In this document: one piece after another, positions 57,524-64,000 of the stretch
Layout: the number at the start of each line of letters is the position of its first letter
How positions within the stretch are numbered: the stretch's first letter is position 1
NCBI GenBank assembly: GCA_964016885.1
Contig: OZ024741.1
Span: 349,184,001 to 349,248,000 of the forward strand
DNA: 64,000 nt
From: Eledone cirrhosa
Taxonomy: Eukaryota
Direction: 5' to 3'
Translations under genes and position numbers: made by a program
The notes under the pieces: model-generated
The model's database searches: none
The model's input: the letters and a program-made list of their open reading frames with translations, nothing else
Told to the model about the DNA's origin: nothing

Positions 57524-59726
57524 CCTACGGTCTTACCTAATAATACGTTAAATAATGTACGAAAAAAGGGGTTTTCATGCCTGGGAAGCTGTTGCTCATA
57601 ATGTCTGTTCTAACAGGTTTGATCTGTTGCTAAACAACATCAACAACAGAAGTAAAATAAATAGAAACAAACAATCATGCTGGAATGATCACAACAACGA
57701 TAATTTGGTGATATAGCGTATCACATCATGCTGTGTCTTTAATAAAATCTGCTCGAAGTAGAAATATTTGTTTCAAATTTAGGCACAGAACCAATAGATT
57801 TTGTTTGCCTTTCTGACGGTGGGTGAAGAGGGGCATTGAGTTTAATCAACATCAATACTTGACTGGTACTTTATTTTATCGTCTCTTAAACTATGGGCAA
57901 ATTTGGGGAGGAGCAATGTTGATTAAATCAACCATAGCACATGATGAAAGACAAGTTGACATTGGCAGGATTTGAACTCGGCGGGGTAGAGAGCCAGAAC
58001 AAATACCGCAATGTCATTTTATCCGATTGCCTTCCAAATCTGCCAATCCACCACCCACGTAAGCAGTAATATTGAGAACTGTAGCTTGTTATATGGTATA
58101 TTATGGGCTATATAGTACCATGTGTTGTATATTTAAGACGGAAGGGTGTTTCATTTCAAGACGACTTAGTCAAATAACCATATATTGGTTCTCTTGTTTT
58201 TGTTTCTTCCAAGTTAAACCCTGATTAATAAGACCTAAGTTTTTAGTTAAGGAATATCTATGACTGACTATGTGAACGCATATGATTTGAGGCAGATTTA
58301 ACTTCTATTTGTAGCATCTTGACAGACGGCGGCTTCTGTCTATGTGGCTCCCTTGTTTTCTAAATTGGTTTTATCTCAGATTAATGTATATTTGCTGATG
58401 TGAATTTATAGAACACGGTTAATATTTGCGAGAGTTGTATTGGAAAGTAGATTTGATTTCTGAATGCGAATATTTTCCCCACACTGTGGCTTACGATGAT
58501 GGTAGGATTTATCTGTCGCCCAGTTTAACACCATCCCGAGCCCTTGGGTGTCTTTATTGACGTCAAATCTGTTGCAAACTTTCGCGCCAGATCACTGGTT
58601 TGTGTATACTTTCTTCCAAGAAGTCTCTGCCCCTACTCCATAAAAATAAAATGTTATGAGTGCTACGCTTATTCCTCACTAAACTAAAATTAATGTTCAA
58701 ACTGACAATCACTTGCATAGATTTATGCTAGTCAAGGTCATATGTACTGTGGCTCTTCATCTGACTATCTCTTCGAGCCATAGTATTATTTCAATGTAGA
58801 GAATGCTCGTCCTTGATATGGACTTGACCAAGTATTTGCACCAATTGACGCTTCAATTTGCGTGACAATTGGGCACTATTTTACCGTTAACCGGATCACA
58901 AACGATATGCTTCTCTGCCAGAAATGGAACAGTAATAAGGGGCTGAATTTGAACTTAAAACGTAAAGATACGGATCAAATAACGAAAGGCGACACGTTCA
59001 TCGCTCTAATAATCCCGCCAATTTCTCACTCTAAACGTGCACTTTATTTATCGATTCCGAAAGGATAGTGAGCAAATTTGACTTAGACAGGATTTGAACT
59101 CAGAGCGTAAAATTCTATTACTGAATACAACAATGCATTTTCCCAACTATCTATTAATTCTACTAGTCCATCACCTAATAAAGTTTGGCAGAATTTGAAT
59201 TCAGAAAATAAGGCAGACAACAAAATATTATGAAGATATTGGCCCCAGAACTCAGCTATATCTTCTAAATTTTATATGCAGCGTTGCTAGAGTATAGAAA
59301 CAAGCATACCCTACTATTTTTGTTCCGGCTCTCTATACGTTAAGTTAAAATTCTATCGAAGACTATAAAATAAAGTCCAATATAGTGGATTGGCCGAATT
59401 ACGAGAGCGTCGACAAAAATGCCTTATGACATTTGTTCCTGCTCTTTGCGTTCTGATTTCAAATTCTGTTGTTGCCTATTTGGATGAGAGACATAATCTA
59501 TCGTCCAGATTCGATTGTGTTGCAAATATTTGGGACAGGTGTCCGATTTTAGGATACCTTCCTTCCCCTCTTTCACAAGTCTTAGCGACTATGAAATGAA
59601 TCATGGACGTTTTATTCGCTAACTGAACAATAAAAACAAATGTTTAAGTGCTGCATATCGAACACAAAGCTTTGAACTTCACTATGTTACTGTTCAATAT
59701 CCTGTATTTCAAAGCTTTACAATAAT

Positions 59727-59921
59727 TGTTTCTACTTTTGACACAAGGCCAGCAATTATTCCAGTGTATTACTGGTACTTTATTTTATCGACCCCGTAAG
59801 GATGAAAGGCAAAGTTAACCTCGGCGGGATTTTAACTCAGATCATAAAGGGACGTAACTGTGCTGCAAAGCATGGCGTCCGACCCTCTACCGATACTGCC
59901 AATCCACCGTCCTACACACCT
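59727..59921 (-). mobile_element. SINE S1 with 16-bp TSD
   Basis: TSD AAAGCTTTACAATAAT at 59711-59726 and 59922-59937. Confidence 0.9.
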
Positions 59922-59989
59922 AAAGCTTTACAATAATGTATGCATTTAAACCACATTACACTACAGAAATCTTCAATGAAGAATCAATG

Positions 59990-62700
59990 AAAGGGTTTCT
60001 ACGTGGTCGACAGACTTGCTGAAAAGTCGCTGCAAAACCGTTTGTGTTTCATCCTACACACCTAAAAATATGACATATTGGCTAATGTAGAACTGAGTCT
60101 TCTATGTCTGAAAGGAAACTGTTGGAGTTATTATGGTTGGAATGCTTTAATGCTTTTCATCTTCGGTCTGCTTGACCAGGGCTCATTTGAGACAAAATAG
60201 GCAAAATAACAGCAACCGCAGCATCAACACCGCTTCCCATGCCAATTAGAAAATTTGTATGTGGTTAACAGACCTTAGAGAAATAGTAGCCGAATCTCCC
60301 TCAAATCACTCATTGAAGTCTCAAAAGAGGAGGGTTACATCTGTTTATGGGGTCCTAGATATACATTTTCTTGATAAATGATAGGATAACTGGAACGTTT
60401 CTTTTCATAGCTCGTTTGCTTAATCTTGCTTGTACACGGAAGAAAATTGCAGCAAACACCCACAACATAAAGCACTCTAAACATCTTAAGAATCTAGCTA
60501 TGAATAGCTAAACAACTTCGCATTAAAGAGCCTAACGATGCTCCGTCTAATTATAAATATAAATCCCGCAGTCATCTTTAATTATTAGCGAATTTATAAA
60601 GTGGTGATGAAATGATTATTGGGAAATTCCAGGTGAACGCTCCTTTCTTCATTCCTTCAAAATAATTCCGTGCGAAGAAGAGGGACGAAAATGGTCCAAG
60701 TAATTGGCTGACACCTTATTTAGCGAACCCAGGTTAGGGGAATTGTGTCAAAAACAAAATGATCTTGAACTCAAAGTGCAGAGAGCCGGAAGGAATACCA
60801 CAAGCATTCTACCCGGCGCTAACGACTCTGTCATTCCACCATATTTAATCCACATGGTGCTAAATTGCTCATTGGTATAAGTGGAGGCAGCACTTTAAGA
60901 TTGGCGAACGATTCGTTATTTAACATTGCTCTCGTTATTTCGCATCTTCCGTGTAGATATAGCTCGTTAGATTGATGAAATAACATGAAAGAAGCGCCAA
61001 CAGCTGCAACATGTCCGGAATGTACACTAAAATGAATGACTTACTCAAGAGGATTCGAGCTAGCCAAGAGCTTTGTTGCGGAATGGCACTTGGTACACTA
61101 ATGCATGGTTTCTGGCAATTTACCCTAAAATATTGAGTTAATGGATAATTTGAATGTTCTGCTTGAAAGTAAATCTGTGATATAATTGGCCGACAAAACG
61201 GATATACATTAATGTTTTATTTATCTATGTATTTATTTTATTTTACTTAGGCACAAGGCCAAAGTTTGTCGAAAATTAAAAGAGACGAAATAAATCACGC
61301 CAGATATATTTCTAGTATTTGACTGATCAACCCACTACAGGAAAGATGAAAATATTTTTTTGTAATCGGTGATGGTAGAATTTGAACCTAAAACATAATT
61401 AACATTAATACTTATTATATTTATACATTAACCCTGCTCGTTTCTGGTGACACTAGGTCCTAAAAATATACACAATTTAATTTATCAAAATCATGTAATT
61501 TTCGGAGAATAAACAACAAATATCGGGTATGTTGTTTTAATAGCCGCTTAAAATAATTTCATTTTAGTTTCATTGCTGATATCCTTGGTAAAACATTTGA
61601 ATATCACAACCCCTTTTCTTTTCAACAAAAATCAATTCATCATTTATGATAACGAATGTGTCTCGGTGTGGTTGATCTGCTAGAAACTGCCTGAAATCAA
61701 TCACTCCTCCCCGACCAACACCATACTAAATAAAAACAAATACATTGAACAATCTCTTTCTTGATATAACTACAAAATGATGCAATGCTGTGGAATATCT
61801 GTGATATTAGGTCTGCTTAATTGAATGCTTGACTAGGTCTTAAAATAGATTGCTTTAGAATATAGCTGAAACACGACTACGATGTAATTTGGTTGGGCCT
61901 GGTGTGTTTCACTGGGGCGTTTCACTGGTGTATTGTACAATAAGAACAGATTAACCATTTAACAAATATAGATAAATGAAAATGAAAGAAGTACCAGGTT
62001 GAAATAAGTAGTGGGGTTTCTGATCGACAAAAAATATTTGAAAACATGGCCGTATTCTGTTGATTGAAATCAATAAAATAATAGAATACTGATAACGCAA
62101 GATGGTACCTCAATGTAGAATATTGTCCTTAACTGGGGAGTGCACCATGCATAATGTTTTCCTGGGTGGGGGGATGGCCTTTGATCGTGGAGATGCTCAA
62201 TCACGTTTGTCCTGGAATTAAGCAACAATAATACAATTTGAAATCACACCAGAGTAGACCCTAATCACATCGCTGGAATGCACATGAGATCACATCGAAT
62301 AGAATCAACAGCAGAGGGTAAGATAGTAATTCAACTTGCTGGAAGCAGCAGTCAAATTTCTCTTACATCAACTCTATTGTTTTAGAAAAGAACACATGCT
62401 GAAGAATGTGATCTTGGGTTTACAAGACGCTGGAAAAAACGGGATCGTCACAGCTTAAATGATTTTCAGTATGCAGTACGTGTATGCTGTACGAAAACTG
62501 ACCTGGGGCTAAACAAATGTTCTGACATCCGTAGAGAATACAAGTCAACGAGGGAAGTCTCCTGGTGAACGGTTGAGTAGCATTCATATTCACACAAATT
62601 ACATCGTCTTAAAGAATGTTATAAAAGATGTAGGGGTACAGACAGCGACGTCTTTGATGCTTGGTATGCTAGATCAAGGTTGACCTGGGGCTAAACAAGA
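59990..62700 (+). repeat. Cluster of old ~200 bp SINE-like repeats (family S3)
   Basis: Recurring CTGCTAGAAATAGCAGCCAAATCTCC...CTGGAATG...TGACCTGGGGCTAAACAA-like units at ~57240, 60000, 60260, 61670, 62330, 62560; boundaries approximate. Confidence 0.6.
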
Positions 62701-64000
62701 AAAACACACCAAGCCAAAATAAATCATATCATACTTCATCATAGTCTTTATAGAGTAAAGAAATACAGAGACAATACCCACACATACACACATATCAAAC
62801 ACATATACACACACACATACACACGCCATGCACACTCTCACACACACACAAGCTGAAATAAAGACACTATCCTGTTTCACATCACGCCACACCACATCAC
62901 TTCATATCATCACATAACTGTACATCAGCCCATATTGAATACTGCCAAAATTGGATTGCGTTATAATGCAGCATTACGTAATACATTGATTTTCTTTTCG
63001 ATTCCTTTGTTGATGCTACTACTACTGTTGTTGTTCATTTATACTTTTCTAAAATAATTAACGGAAGTGATGTAACACTTGGTATTTTCGAGATCCGTTT
63101 GCTCACATCAGATGCTGGAATCGATACTCATAGACATGATGCTATTAACTTAATTGGTCACATGGTAGATATTTTCGTGTTGATTTGGTTTGGGACGCCA
63201 CCTACTTCTTAATATTTGTTCGTGTTCGATGGTGCATTGTCTGGGCCATTCATATACCACTCATTGCAGGATTGATCACCGTCAAATGTAATATATCTCG
63301 AGATATTTACAGCCTAACGCACTATCACACCAATACCTACTTCATTCGAAGTTGCTTTTTGTGAGGAATATACGCGGTTGTACAAAATAACACAAGAGCT
63401 GTTGCAAATTATAATAATGAGCCTTCACCGACCACACCGTAGCTAGCATTATTATTAACATTATTTACCTCCAGATATTTCATGGTTGGTGGTACCGGTG
63501 GTCAAATTATTCCACTAGTCGGCCTCTTGCCTTTAATAGAAGCATAGTGTATACAGAAATATATTTCTCGTATTTGTTTTTCTAGAAGAGTTGAGAAATC
63601 AAGGATATATTAGATATTAACATGGTCGATTTGCAGAATATATGATTGCTATTTCTAGCAGATCGAGCTACAACGTAGGTGATCTCTCATTCGTATATAT
63701 TTGGTCTGCTTATATACCAAAGGATTTTTGCATGACCGCAGTTCGACGCTGGTAACTGGATATAAATTGGTAATCGTTTGGTATAATCTGATACCCTGTT
63801 GCTCTCGTAGATGTTATATGTTTAAGTTTCTGATTCACTCAGAGCATCATTTTTGTTGACTATTCGAAACTAATTCAAAACCGATTGGATTCAATCTGAT
63901 GTTACATAAGTCCATGTCTATGAAAGTTGAATTTATAAATAGTAAGCAGGGTGTTGACATGTCTATACATATGTTGAATAAGAACCAAATGAAGGTTTAA

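Overview
AT-rich, microsatellite-dense eukaryotic DNA that appears to be entirely intergenic or intronic; I found no convincing host gene. The SINE content looks cephalopod (Octopus-like), which is an inference. (1) 211-17252: head-to-tail array of five same-orientation Tx1-clade (L1 group) non-LTR retrotransposons, two full length and three 5'-truncated, each junction being a (GATA)n tract. (2) 19193-21768: three non-autonomous Helitrons in tandem with exact CTAG|TC junctions; two end in a 37-bp terminal palindrome whose loop is flipped between copies. (3) 22-55 kb: many Penelope-like element (PLE) derivatives sitting in (TA)n tracts, often as inverted repeats, carrying at least eight hammerhead ribozyme folds including CAGAAGA and CCGAAGA core variants, plus a near-intact RT + GIY-YIG PLE (49567-51670) inside ~1.1-1.25 kb inverted repeats. 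(4) 41261-44987: two R4/Dong-clade RLE retrotransposons in (TATG)n tracts, flanked by internally deleted RTE elements ending in (ATGT)n. Also mariner and hAT remnants/MITEs, an RTE RT fragment and many SINEs. Overall theme: retroelements partitioned by microsatellite target. All folds and alignments were made by eye, not computed.
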